Assembly: GCA_965113315.1 (NCBI GenBank)
Contig: OZ220376.1
Strand: one strand, 5' to 3'
Length of the DNA stretch: 64,000 nt
DNA from: Podarcis vaucheri
Lineage: Eukaryota
The position numbers and the translations under genes were made by a program. Under the pieces are notes generated by a model. It had not been told where the DNA came from and ran no database searches. It saw nothing but the letters and a program-made list of their open reading frames with translations. Positions 52,233 to 64,000 of the stretch are shown here, piece after piece (positions within the stretch are counted from its first letter, which is position 1; every line of letters begins with the position of its first letter).

Positions 52233-52900
52233 TCAACGTTAGGAAGAGCCCGCCAGCTCAGGGCAACGGCCCATCTTTGTCCTGCATCCTGTTTTCTCAG
52301 GAGTCAACTCAGATCCCTGTGGGACACCAGCAAGCAGGATGCAGCACCAGAGCACTCTTCCCCCACCAACCCCCTTGGTTTGCAGCATCTGGCTCCAACC
52401 AGAGCGTAGCCGTTGGCTAGTAACCACAGAAAGCCTTGTCCTCTGCGCATTTGCCCAATCCACTTTCAAAGCCGTCCAAGTTGGTGGCCATCACGGCCTC
52501 CTGTGGAAGCGAGTTTTGCAGTGAGAAAACTTAAAACCTGCCAAAATGCTTGGGAACTCCCTCCCATTAAATACCAGGCGGGCGCCTTCTCTGTTGTCTG
52601 TTCGGCCCCTTCTAAAATCTTTATCCCAGTTTGGTATCTGTCTTTTTCACAGCCAACTGAAGCCTGTGTTTTTTCGGCCAGACATCCCAGCACATTGAAC
52701 AGCTTTAAGTTTTTTGTTTTATAATTCAATTGGTTAAATGGCACTGCTGTTTTTTGTGTTTATGCTGTTTTATTGCTGAACGCTATTGCATGGGGGGCTT
52801 TTTTTTCTATCTGTACCTGTGCATCACCCTGTCGGGAGTTGATCAAGCTTAGCTAAATATACCAAGTGAGACCACTGGCACAAGCAGGTGCCCCTGCTTA

Positions 52901-53179
<279 letters not shown>

Positions 53180-53416
53180 TCAACCCCCTTGGCTGCTGAC
53201 ATGTTGGGTCCCCCATCCTACTTAGCGTGAGAGCATGGCACCCAAAAAACATGCAAGATCATGGCCGGACACACGTTTCAAGTGAGACTGCGGCAGCCAA
53301 AAACACTCATTTTGGGGGTGTCACGCTCTCGCATGGGAGTGCGGCCCAGGTTTGCGCTGAGACGTGTTGGAGGTTATGGTGGCACCATTCACATAACAAA
53401 AACTGCCCAAAAATTA

Positions 53417-53661
53417 CAGTCATACCTCGGGTTGAAGTAGCTTCAGGTTAAGCATTTTCGGGTTGCACGCCGCGACGATGCAGAAGTAACGGGCTGTGTT
53501 ACTTCCAGGTTTCGCCGCCTCGCACATGCGCAGATGCTCAAAATGACATCACGTGCATGCGCAGAAGTGGCGAAACATGACCCAGGCAGTCGTGTTACGT
53601 TCTACTCAGGATGCGAACGGGGCTCCGGAATAGATCCCGTTCACATCCAGAGGTACCACTA
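53417..53661. mobile_element. Tc1/mariner-type MITE
   Basis: TA|CAGTCATACCTC...GAGGTACCACTA|TA. Confidence 0.78.
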
Positions 53662-53759
53662 TATAAACATCTTCAAAAGCAGGGGGCCCATGGCTTGGCT
53701 TTTGAAAAACAGGGGTCTGCAGTACTTAGCTAACTGAAACCTATCGCATAGATTTGTCC

Positions 53760-54318
53760 ATTTGTTTAGTAATAAAGTACAAATAATTATATCATTCTCT
53801 TTTTGTACAAATTACTTACAGAGGTTATTCAAAGGCTATTACAGAATTTAAGTCACAGCAGCTGTTCTCAAGATATTTCTTGAGAACTTCCCAATTTGAG
53901 ATGAACTCCTGCTTTGGCTTATCTTTGATCCTTCCTGAAAGGTTATCTAGCTCAGCATATTCTACAAGTTTCAATAGCCACTCTGATTTGGAGGGGACTT
54001 TACCTCTTTTCCAGTGTGTAGCAATAAATATCCCTGCAGCTACTGTAGCATAAAGGGAAACCTTTCTTACATTCTGAGGAATGTCAGGGCCTGTTATACC
54101 GAGTAGAAATGATTCTGGTTTTTTTAAGAAGGGATACCTTTAACTTTTTTTTTTTAGTTCCGAATAAATATCACTGCAAAATATTTTAATCTTTTTACAC
54201 ACCCACCACATATGGGACATATTGAAACTTTGTTCCCCACATCTCCAACAATTATCTGGGACACTTTTGTACATTTTTGATAATTTCCAAGGTGTCAAAT
54301 ACCATCAATATAACATTT
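53760..54318 (-). mobile_element. L1/Tx1-type LINE ORF2 C-terminal fragment
   Basis: Minus strand encodes CWRCGEQ...HMWWVC zinc knuckle and PESFLLG...YATVAAGIFIATHWK. Confidence 0.75.
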
Positions 54319-54462
54319 TGGGGGAATTTTCTCAAGAGGCCACTCTTAGTAGAGGACTGAAGACAACACAGGGGTTCACATACAGACCCTGGTCTGCTTC
54401 TGCCCATATATAAATCTAGAAACAGTCGCTCTCCGTGTACCAGGGCTCCTGCCCGCCATTAC

Positions 54463-54612
54463 CTGACGTTTTTGGCTGCTCTGCGCCGGGTCTGCCTTTT
54501 GGGTGCCTCGTCATCATCATCATCATCTTCGTCCTCAGACGACTCTGTTTTCCTCCGCCTCTTCCCACGCTGGGGCTTGTGGACCTTTTTCGCAATGGCT
54601 TTGCTCGCTGCT
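54463..54612 (-). CDS. CHD2: CHD2 exon 7 equivalent
   Basis: [21 protein letters not shown]...[15 protein letters not shown]. Confidence 0.93.
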
Positions 54613-54721
54613 CTAAAAAACGAGCATGAAAACAGATCACGGTGTGTATTATACAGACGGTGGGATACAAAGGGAGCAGCTGAGCAAGGACAACCTTTCC
54701 CAACCTTGGTGCCCTCTAGAT

Positions 54722-54857
54722 AAGGCACAGGCAAACTCCAGCCCTCCAGATGTTTGGGACTACAACTCCCATCATCTCTAGCTAACAGGACCAGTGGTCA
54801 GGGATGATGGGAATTGTAGTCCCAAACATCTGGAGGGCCAGAGTTTGCCTATGTTTG
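54722..54857. mobile_element. hAT-type MITE nested in an older copy
   Basis: 8-bp TSD CTCTAGAT (54714-54721, 54858-54865); same core sequence. Confidence 0.8.
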
Positions 54858-55157
54858 CTCTAGATGCTGTTGGGACTACAACACCTATCATCCCTGGGTA
54901 TTAACTGTGCTGTCTGGAGCGAATGGGAGTCCAACAATTGTTTCAGCCATTTTATATTTGTGGGGGATTATTGTTGTTGTTGTTGTCGGTGGTGGTTCCT
55001 ATTGAGGGGAGGTGTGTCAAGGAGGAGAGGAGCTGGGGAGAGCAAGGGGGCCCAACTGAAGCAGTTGAGGATAGGGGGAGGTAAGCCCAGTCTCCCCTGG
55101 GAGCCTCAAGCCCAGCCAGGGAAGGGCAGGAAATGTTTCATTTCCTGAAGATATGTA

Positions 55158-55490
55158 CAGTGGTGCCTCGCAAGACGAAAAGAATCTGTTCTGTGATTCT
55201 CTTCATCTAGTGGTTTTTTCGTCTTGCGAAGCAAGCCCATTGAAGGATTAGCGGATTAGCGCTATTAGCGGCTTTTAGCGGCTTATCTGCTGATCGGATC
55301 AGCTGATAAGCGGCTTAGCGGCTTAGAAAAAGGGGGGATGGAAAAAAACCAGCAGGAACTCGCAAGACATTGTCGTCTTGTGAAGCAAGCCCATAGGAAA
55401 TTTGTTTTGCGAAGCACCTCCAAAACGGAAAACTCTTTCGTCTAGCGAGTTTTCCGTCTTTCGAGGCATTCGTCTTGCGGGGCACCACTG
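55158..55490. mobile_element. Tc1/mariner-type MITE (family of 18970-19233)
   Basis: TA|CAGTGGTGCCTCGCAAGACGAA...TTCGTCTTGCGGGGCACCACTG|TA. Confidence 0.88.
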
Positions 55491-55595
55491 TAGGTCAGGC
55501 TGCTTGTTAAAAGGGACCAGAAGCAGAGTCTATGGGTGGGTGAGGGAAGCATGGCAAACCCAAGGAAGGCAGCACCCCCCCCAACCCCTTCTTAC

Positions 55596-55721
55596 CTCCT
55601 CAGGACAGGTCTCCGAGCTTTTATTTTCTTCTGCTCTGGTTCGCTTTCTGCGCTGGTACCTTGTTCCTGCCCGTCCTCTTCCTCACCATCGTCCTCAGAG
55701 CCCTCCCTCTTCCATCGTTCC
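55596..55721 (-). CDS. CHD2: CHD2 exon 6 equivalent
   Basis: [10 protein letters not shown]...[25 protein letters not shown]. Confidence 0.92.
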
Positions 55722-56124
55722 CTAGATTTATAAGCAAAATGCCAACAAGGGTTATCATTATCATGTCCGGTTCTGGAGGGAACACACAACATGCCAGGAG
55801 CAGAAGCATCTCTGCAGCTCTAGAGAAGTTGAGTCGGTGACCCAAGGTCCTCCTTGCTTTGCTCCTTTTTACTGAGATGTACAACCAAACATTTGCAGAG
55901 CCCCTCTCGTCAAATCTGCCAGGATGGTCGGATGCGTTTTACGTCCTTTCGCTCCCAAAAGGCATCTATCGCTCTCTGTGTGGCCAAGTACTAAGCTGCA
56001 GAAAGGGAAAACCCACCAGGAACTGACCCCAGACATTTTGCCATTTTTCCTCTTTGGAGTTTGTGATGTGTACAGAGCAAAATGTTGACACTCATTTTAT
56101 TTCATTCTATGGTGTTTTTATGCA

Positions 56125-56296
56125 CAGTGGTACCTCCGGTTGCGGGTGGGATCCATTCCGGAGCTCCGGGTTTCCGCAATCGGAGGGACCGCTTCTGCGT
56201 GTGCACGGCAAAAACCCGGAAATATACATCCAGTTTGCTGCTTACATACCCTGAAGTTTACGTAACCAGAAGGATACGTAACCGGAGGTACAACTG
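56125..56296. mobile_element. Tc1/mariner-type MITE
   Basis: CAGTGGTACCTCCGGTT...AACCGGAGGTACAACTG|TA. Confidence 0.8.
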
Positions 56297-56328
56297 TACT
56301 TAATTTTACTCTTTTTACTCTATTAATA

Positions 56329-56692
56329 GGGATGCGGGTGGCACTGTGGGTTAAACCACAGAGCCTAGGGCTTGCCAATCAGAAGGTCGGCGGTTCGAAT
56401 CCCCGCGACGGGGTGAGCTCCCGTTGTTCAGGCCCAGCTCCTGCCAACCTAGCAGTTTGAAAGCACATCAAAGTGCAAGTAGATAAATAGGTACCACTCC
56501 GGCGGGAAGGTAAACGGCGTTTCCATGCGCTGCTCTGGTTTGCCAAAAGTGGCTTAGTCATGCTGGTCACATGACCCAGAAGCTGTCTACAGACAAACGC
56601 CGGCTTCCTCAGCCTTTAGAGCGAGATGAGCGCCGCAACCCCAGAGTCGGCCACGACTGGACCTAATGGTCAGGGGCCCCTTTACCTTTACC
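56329..56692 (+). mobile_element. Sauria SINE
   Basis: Same family; 14-bp TSD TTACTCTATTAATA (56315-56328, 56693-56706). Confidence 0.9.
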
Positions 56693-57299
56693 TTACTCTA
56701 TTAATACACATTAGGATAATGTGCTCTATGTGCCTCTTGATCATTACACTAAGAAATACCACTGATGTAGAGTTACTGGTCTTCAGCCAGAGGCTCAGGA
56801 CTCCAAAGCGGGTCACAGCTTGGCCTGGGTGGAAGACTGCACTGAAAAACATTACCACCACTCCTTTGGCTAGAACTTTACCCCTGCCTTTTTTTCCTTT
56901 TTTAAAAAACAACAACAACAACAAGAAGGAGGGCCCTTTGCTTTTAATACTTGTGTACGGGGGGGGGGGGGTTAAGCAGATGCAGCTTGCCCCAAAGGAG
57001 TGAGGAAAAAGTTGCATCATCCAAAATTCTCTCTTCTGTGCAACTGTTACACAGAAGATGTCCCCTTTTGCATCTAGAGCATAAATGGAGACCTGTAGCC
57101 TTCCAGATATTGTTAGACTTTAGCATAGCCAATGGATTAAAGGATAGTGGGAGCTGTAGCCTGAAAACATCTGGAGGGCTATATGTTCCCCCTGTCCTAG
57201 AGAAGGAGAGACAGGCATATAAGGTCAAAACATTAAAAACATTATACCCCATGTTATAGGCTATCACACCTAAAAATGCTTGACTGGCTTCCCTGCAGA

Positions 57300-57890
57300 A
57301 CAGGGGTGACTAACCTGTGGTCCTCCAGATGTTTCTGAACCCTAATTCACATCAGCCACAGTCAGCACATTCAATGGTCAGGGATGAAGGGAGCTGGAGT
57401 CTAACATCTGGAACAGGGCTTCCCAAATTGGGGTTTCTAGCTGTTTTGGGACTATGATTCCCATCATCCCTGACCACTGGTCCTGCTAGCTTGGGATGAT
57501 GGGAGTTGTAGTCCCACAACTGCTGGAGAGGAGACCTAAGTTTGGGAAACCCTGATCTGGAAGAACACAGGCTAGCCACCTTTGCTCTAGAGCAGGCATA
57601 GCCAAAGTGGTGTCAGCCTGCATTGCCATTAGTCAGGGATGATGGTAGCTGTAGTCTGCAACATCTGGAGGACGTGGCATTGGCTACCTCTGCTCCAGAA
57701 TGCCCCAAATGGTGCTCTGACACACAATTCATATGTGGGCTGCACGAAGAATACTGCCATGTGCATTGCAATGCCCTCTGGATGTTGCTGGACTACAATG
57801 TCCATCACCCCTGACCACTGGCCATGTTGGTTGGGGCTCATGGGAGTTGGAGTCCAGCAATATCTGGTGGTTACCAGTTTCGGGGTGGCT
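57300..57890. mobile_element. Cluster of degraded hAT-MITE copies
   Basis: Repeated CATCTGGAG / GGACTACAA / CCCTGACCACTGG core motifs. Confidence 0.65.
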
Positions 57891-58415
57891 GTATTAATCT
57901 CAGGGTTGTGGGTTTGAGCCCCATGTTGGGCAAACGATTCCTGAATTGCAGGGGGTTGGACTAGATGACCCTTGTGGTCTCTCCCAACTCTATGATTCTA
58001 TGATTCTACTATGTTCAAGAGGCATTAACATTTCAAGCATAAAAGGTTGGCAAGAACCCTCCTGAAAAAGGAACTCAGCGAGCACGGTGTTTAGTGTGAC
58101 TGCCCATGTTTTGTGGAACAGCATTCCTGTTGAGATATGACAGCCCACTCCCCGCCTACTGTACTTTCTGGAATCAATGGATGGCATTTTTGTTCCAACA
58201 GGTTTTCACAGCTGGACAAATGGGCCTTTGCAATGTGGATCAATTTGTTAGGGTTTTAGTCTTGTTATAAACGCATTTGTTGTTTTTGTGTTCTTAGCTG
58301 TTTTTAATATTCTTATGTGTAAGTCACCTTGAGGTGGTGGGTTTAGAATGTGATTAATCAATCAATCAATCATAGAAATAAGGATGCAGAGTTTTACAGG
58401 GCCCTCAAAACTTAC

Positions 58416-58477
58416 GTTCTCTTCATTTGCTTTTGGCCTCTTCTTTTGGGGCTTTCGCTCTCAGACTCGCTATTTCC
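58416..58477 (-). CDS. CHD2: CHD2 exon 5 equivalent (upstream exons not found in window)
   Basis: tttaag|GNSESESESPKRRGQKQMKRT|gtaagt; 62 nt, phase 0/2, fits the next exon. Confidence 0.88.
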
Positions 58478-61400
58478 CTTAAACGAAAAAGGAGAGAGGA
58501 AGGGGAACCATGAACGAGGCTGGTCACAGGAGGCCAACCTTGCTGCTAACTGCAAAAGCAGCAACACCAAACTACTCAGGACAAAACACTAGTAAGATAG
58601 CTCTCCTTGCTTAAGCAAAAAAATAAAAAATCTGCCATTTGGGCAAGCACCTTAACGCCTGCAGCCCTGACCCAAAAAGAAGGCCATTCTGCTACAGGTG
58701 CACAAATGGGTGAAGAAGGGAGTACACAGCAAGGAATAAAAACCCCAAAAGGCAAGGAGACTAAAATGAGTAACAAACCAGAACCAAGTGCACAAGGCAA
58801 TCTATCAATAACCTTCATGAAATGCCTGCCACTGCTATGGCTGTCAGAAAGGGATAGAGTGGGGACATACAAAGCTGTCTTGTACCGAGTCAGACCCTTG
58901 GTCCATCTCATTCAGTATTGTCTACACTGACTGGCAGCAGCTCTCCACAGGTTTGAGGCAGGAAGCATTTCCAGCCCTATCTGGAGATACTGGGGACTGA
59001 ACTTTGAACCTTATGCATACGAAGCAGATGATCTACCACTGAGCTACAGCCTTTCCCCATGTGTGACTCTGACAACCTCTCTAACGGGCATGGGTTTCCA
59101 TGTCTAAAAAAGTTTGTGACAGGCTAGGCTCTAGATCAGAGTTGGCCCGATTCAGCCTCCCAAGCAATTTGTTTCCATTGCATCTCCTCTCTTCTCCAGT
59201 AAGAACACACCATTCTGTCAGTGGCAGCAAAAATAAAAATAAAAACAAATGCAAAAAGAGTGCTAGGGTAGGCAGAAATATCTCCACCCTGATTATGCCC
59301 CCTCCCCCGTCATGAGATGAATCATTTGATGAGCAAGAGCGAAAAGGAAAAACCCTCCTCAGCTGATCCACAAAGATGAGGAGGGTAGCTGGGTTTCTTG
59401 TGTGTGAGGTCACATCCATCACTAGCATGTAGCCCCCAAAGGCTTTTCCAAGGCTGAATTTTGTCCCTTGGGAAGAAGAGGGTCAGCCACCCCTCTACAG
59501 AAAATTCCATCCATTGTTCTGCAGGGCCTCAAAGAAGGGGGCATGCGTTACATACAAGTGCGATTTGCAATTAAAAGGCAAAGAGAAGTAGCTTCTCAAC
59601 AATGGACAACCACACAGCACCATGGCAAGAAAACACCCCTAGCTGCCCCAGTACCGGCAAGATCCTTGAGAAAGCAATCAACAACCATGGGGGGGGCTGA
59701 AGAAGGGCAGAAGCAAGAGTCATATGACAGGGGATAGGGAGATGGTCGAGAAGGGGGTGTGAGAGCTCAGTGTTGTCTCCACGGATAGGCAGCAAATCTC
59801 CGGGGTTTGAGGCAGGAGCATCGGGGGCAAAAAAAAAACCAAAACAGAATGAAAAAGGGCTTTGCCGAGTTCAAAGGCGAGGGAACATTCTTATTCGCTG
59901 TCACTTACATCCTCTATTTGGGCGCTGAGCTGCTGGACCCTTGGAGTCCTTTCCAACCTTACAGTTCTATGGCTCTGTGATGTGAACCATTTGCTTACTT
60001 TAAGCAACCTTCACCTCCCAAGAACCCCTAATGCTTGACATGTCAGCCAACCCTAAGCAAGCCCTCTTTTGCAAGCACCAACATGCACCAACATACAGGC
60101 CCAGGCTTGTCAACTTCAATGCTCCCTGCCCCAAAACACAAGGCAGTCCCACCTGCCAGCTACTGATCATCACAAAGCTTCTGTGTTGTCCTGCTGGGCA
60201 TGTCTCACCCTTCATTGGCACTCTCTGCTGCAGATAAGAGCCTCGCCAACAAAAGCCGGTCTCAGGACAAGGTTAGCTTCAGGTCCTGGCTGTCTAAGGC
60301 AACTCCTATCATGGAGCTGTCACCCAAAATACAGTATCTGGAGGCCAGAGGCTGAACTCAGAGCTTTGTCATCAGGCAAGAAGCCTAGTAGGGCATCTCG
60401 TGCCCGGCCTGTCCTAAGATGGAACTCGCAGAATCCTCCCAACCGCCTATACCCACACAAAAGTGGAGGGTCACATCACTATGGGTGGGGCAGAAGAGGA
60501 GATGAGAATAAAGTGTCAGCCATGTGGCTGGTGTGGACCTGAAAACCTTAGAGGTCTTGAGATCTAATCCACAACATACCAGCAAAATTAAACCACTGCT
60601 AGTGGACATGGAAGAGCTTAGTTTCATTCTGTGGCTTATTTTGGAGAGGGGTCCTGCCCCACCTTCCCCAACATTTGCCTACACACCCATTGTGTCTATT
60701 TCAGACTTTTTCAGGCCAAAACAAGAGACCTCGTTTCCACCCATACGATTCCTCAAGTGCTTGTAGATGTTGTCTCCTTCATTTTTATTTTGTGTACATG
60801 AAAATGAAGAAAAGAGCACCTTTTTTAAATGAAAGACAAACGAGGTAAGACAGCAAGGGATCTTCTAGGATTACATGGGCAAAACAACAGCGGGAAATGG
60901 ACTGGGAGGAACAATTTCAATTAGAAAGTTGCCCAAGGGGGGGGTTTAAGTGCCCCTTTTTGTCCTGTTGCAATCAGATAAGGAAACTATCCTGATACCG
61001 AACTTGAGGGTGGGAGACAGCTAAGAGAAGACTGAATATGTATTTCCCATCTCATCTATGTCCCAGTTAGAAACATGTTTCATGTTTTCTGGGATTATTT
61101 GCAAACTGACACAGGTGAAGGTGTTCCTTCACTGAATGGTGTTGGTTAAAAAACATAAAGTGAGACAGAAATCCCAGAACAGCCTAAGAAATGCCTCTTG
61201 TTTAGCAACCACAGTGTCCGCATGCAGAAATTTTGCATCAGCTCGGTTTAACTGATCTGAATTCCATCCATGGCTGAAGGAGGCTGGTGTAACATATTGG
61301 CCTGGTTCCCGCACAGTGCTGGGGCAAACTATGGCTTAAGGCAAGCGAGCAAGCATGCTGGCGCACAGTGACAAAACTGCAGCCGCTTCGCTACTTGCAC

Positions 61401-64000
61401 AGGTCGGGCTTAGCACTATGTCCCAACCCGGCACTGGGCTTTGTGTCGCTCCAAACAAACCACGAGCTGCAGCCAAGATTTGTTCTCAGCTTACTGCTTG
61501 CGATTCCTTTGAAGTGAGACCCATCATGAACCCAGGTTGGGACACAACACCAAGCCAAACCATCACTTGGTGGCAGGAGCGAGGGAGCAGTGAATCTCCC
61601 ACAGCTTTCCAACTGTGCGCCAGCACAACTTCCCCATTCCTTGTTCCATGGAAGGAAGCCTCTGTTCCATGTGGTGAGCTATGGGCCTCCTCTGCGTTTC
61701 CACCTCCATTTCAGAAGGGAAGAGGAGCGTTCTTTTTTGGGTTTTACAATATTGTGTGGTATAAGCAAAAGTTTCCTACTGAATGACACATATGTGTGTA
61801 CTTTTTTGTTTTTGTTTTCAACTCTTTATCTTACAGCATAGCCAATGGCAATGGAGGAAATGGGCCCAATAGTTATGAGACCACATAATATTGTAAAACA
61901 AAAAAAAGGACAGGACTTACCTGAGCCCCTAGAGGGAGCTGCTTTCGTCTGCAGCGGAGATCTGAGGTGGGTGTGACATCACCAGCACAGTGCATGCTGG
62001 GCCATCGTTACAGAGAGAGCCTAGTATTGGCAGAACTTGGGAAAAAGGAAAACAAAAGCTGGCATAAATGGCATGCTAACAGCCCACTGGACCTGACCTT
62101 TCTTGGGGGACGGGGAGGGAGGATCTGTGGATCTCTGTCAATAATGGGGAACCTGGCACCCTCCAGACTTTCTTGGAATCTGCCTCCCAGTAGCCCCCAG
62201 CGATGTGGATGAGGGTCAGGGTTGATAAGAGTTAAGAAGATAAGAAGAACCCTGGAGGATAGGCCAAAGGCCCATCTAGACCAGCATGCTGTTCTGACAG
62301 TGACCTATCAGATGCCTTTCAGAAGCACACAAGCAGGACCTGGGTGGAACAGCCCTCTCCACACTTGAAATTCTCAGTAACTGGTATTCAGAGGCATAGT
62401 GTGGCATCCTGGCCAGTAACCAATGATAGCCAGTTCCTCAATTAATCCTCTTTTGAAGCCATCCAAGTTGGTGGCCCTCACTATCTCCTGTGCTAGCAAA
62501 TCTCATTGTTCATTTTTGTCCTGTGTGCATGGCTGGAAGTCTGGCAGCCTGATCACCCCTAAAGCAAACTACAATGGTCTGCAAAGTATCTCCTGGCTTT
62601 CTCATTTCCCATGGAAACTATGAAGCTTGGGAGGTGGAGGAGTTGAAGTGGGGTGGGGGGGACGCCATCTATGATAGTGGGATCACTAAGTATCATAGGA
62701 CAAGAAGGGAGCAACAATCTGGCCACAGAGTACTGCAGAAAAATGGGTTCCATGGTTGAGTAGTATGGAAACGGGGTGCATCTCTTTGCCGGCATCTTGA
62801 GAGCTGGCTCAGTGTGATGGTTAGGAAACCGAGATTCAAATTCTGCCTCCACCATTAACTCACTCAGTGAGCAAGTCTGTTTTCCCTCATCTGTAATATG
62901 GGAAATGAGAATACGGGCTTACCATTATTGTGAAAGTTATAAAACAAAACACGGAGGCAGCTCTAAGGCTTTGCACTCGGCAGGCAGCACCATTGTAAAG
63001 GACTCTTGGTTGCTTAATTACTGTTGTGAGGCAGTAAGAGGAAGGGATGTTGGACCACCCACATCTGGGACTGGGGGGGAGGTCTCCCCAGAGCAGCAGA
63101 AAAAGGAGGGGAAGTTGGGTGGACAATAGAGGGGAGCATTTGCTTAAGCACCTTCCTTGCGTCCACACACACACACACACCCCATGCATACTGCTTTTAC
63201 AGAGTAAAACACAACTGGTATTTATGGAAAGGGTTGGGCAGTCAAGCGGGAGAAACATTGCACAATGCAGATATATACTTTAGGGATAGAGAACCTGTGG
63301 CCCTCGAGATGCTGATATACAGGTAGAGGCTATTTTGTGTGCGTCCGATTGACGCGAAACCGCCAACACGAACCATGACCTGGAACGCAACTCCCACGCA
63401 AACAGGGAATTGCCTGTACTCCAACACCCATCAGCCCCAATTTGCATGGCCAATAGTCAGGGTTGCTGGGAGTTGTAGTCCAGGAGTATATGGAGAGCCA
63501 CAGGCTCCCTATCCCTCATCTGAACAGACAAGTGTGTGTTTGACCACCTTATGTGTTAGTATGTGAGTTTGTCTTGATGGACAGATCTTAAATCCAGAAG
63601 TGCTTATTATAAAAATGTAAACTGCCTCGAGGGTTTTCACAGGTAGACTGGATAAAAAGGTAGGAAACAAGACAATCTCTGGCACCACCTTTTTTATGAA
63701 TGTAAGAACAGCCTGGCAGCTGGATCAGACCAACAGGCTATCTAGTCCTGCAACATGCTTTCAGATGCATCTGAGAAGCCTGCAAGCAGGATATAAATGC
63801 CACAGCACTTTCCCTCGCTTGTGCACCCCAGCAACTGGTCCTTAGATGCATACCAGCTTTGACCCTGGATATGCAAGACAAGTCAGTGTGCTATCAAGTT
63901 GCACACTGAGGAAAACCAAATCTAATCAAAACTCAACTCCAAGTTGGCCGTAAGTGGCCAAGAACAATTAATATGCATTTTGAGACAAAATGCTCAACCG

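Noticed and set aside
54463-55721. Small in-frame length differences in CHD2 exons 6-7 relative to mammals
   Set aside because: They fall in low-complexity acidic/basic regions where indels are expected; the comparison is from memory only.
59900-60000. Two strong minus-strand donor motifs (GTAAGT, GTAAGC)
   Set aside because: No convincing matching acceptor, and a repeat remnant lies between them.

Overview
Vertebrate genomic DNA, most likely from a squamate. Sauria SINEs, a Bov-B LINE and the MITE families point to a lacertid-type lizard, but this is inference. Two genes lie tail-to-tail, as at the human RGMA/CHD2 locus. On the + strand are the last two coding exons of RGMA (6120-6631, 7932-8642; GDPH autocleavage site, GPI-signal-like C-terminus) and a long putative 3' UTR. 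On the - strand are 35 consecutive coding exons of the chromatin remodeler CHD2, from 58477 down to the stop at 17830, with a 3' UTR to about 16460. They correspond to human exons 5-39 (numbering from memory); all have GT-AG boundaries and consistent phases. Introns are dense with nested transposons, and there is one 136-N assembly gap. The most unusual signals are: (i) a four-arm, potentially bistable fold-back in the CHD2 3' UTR; (ii) palindromic Penelope-like insertions with minimal hammerhead-ribozyme cores, several on the CHD2 sense strand, one enclosing a CpG-rich promoter-like fragment; (iii) a candidate poison exon in CHD2 intron 4; (iv) a sense-oriented solo LTR with TATA and AATAAA in the last RGMA intron; (v) a D-box/E-box/CRE motif cluster in the last CHD2 intron. 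Most ORFs in the supplied track are spurious. No prokaryotic-type system is present.
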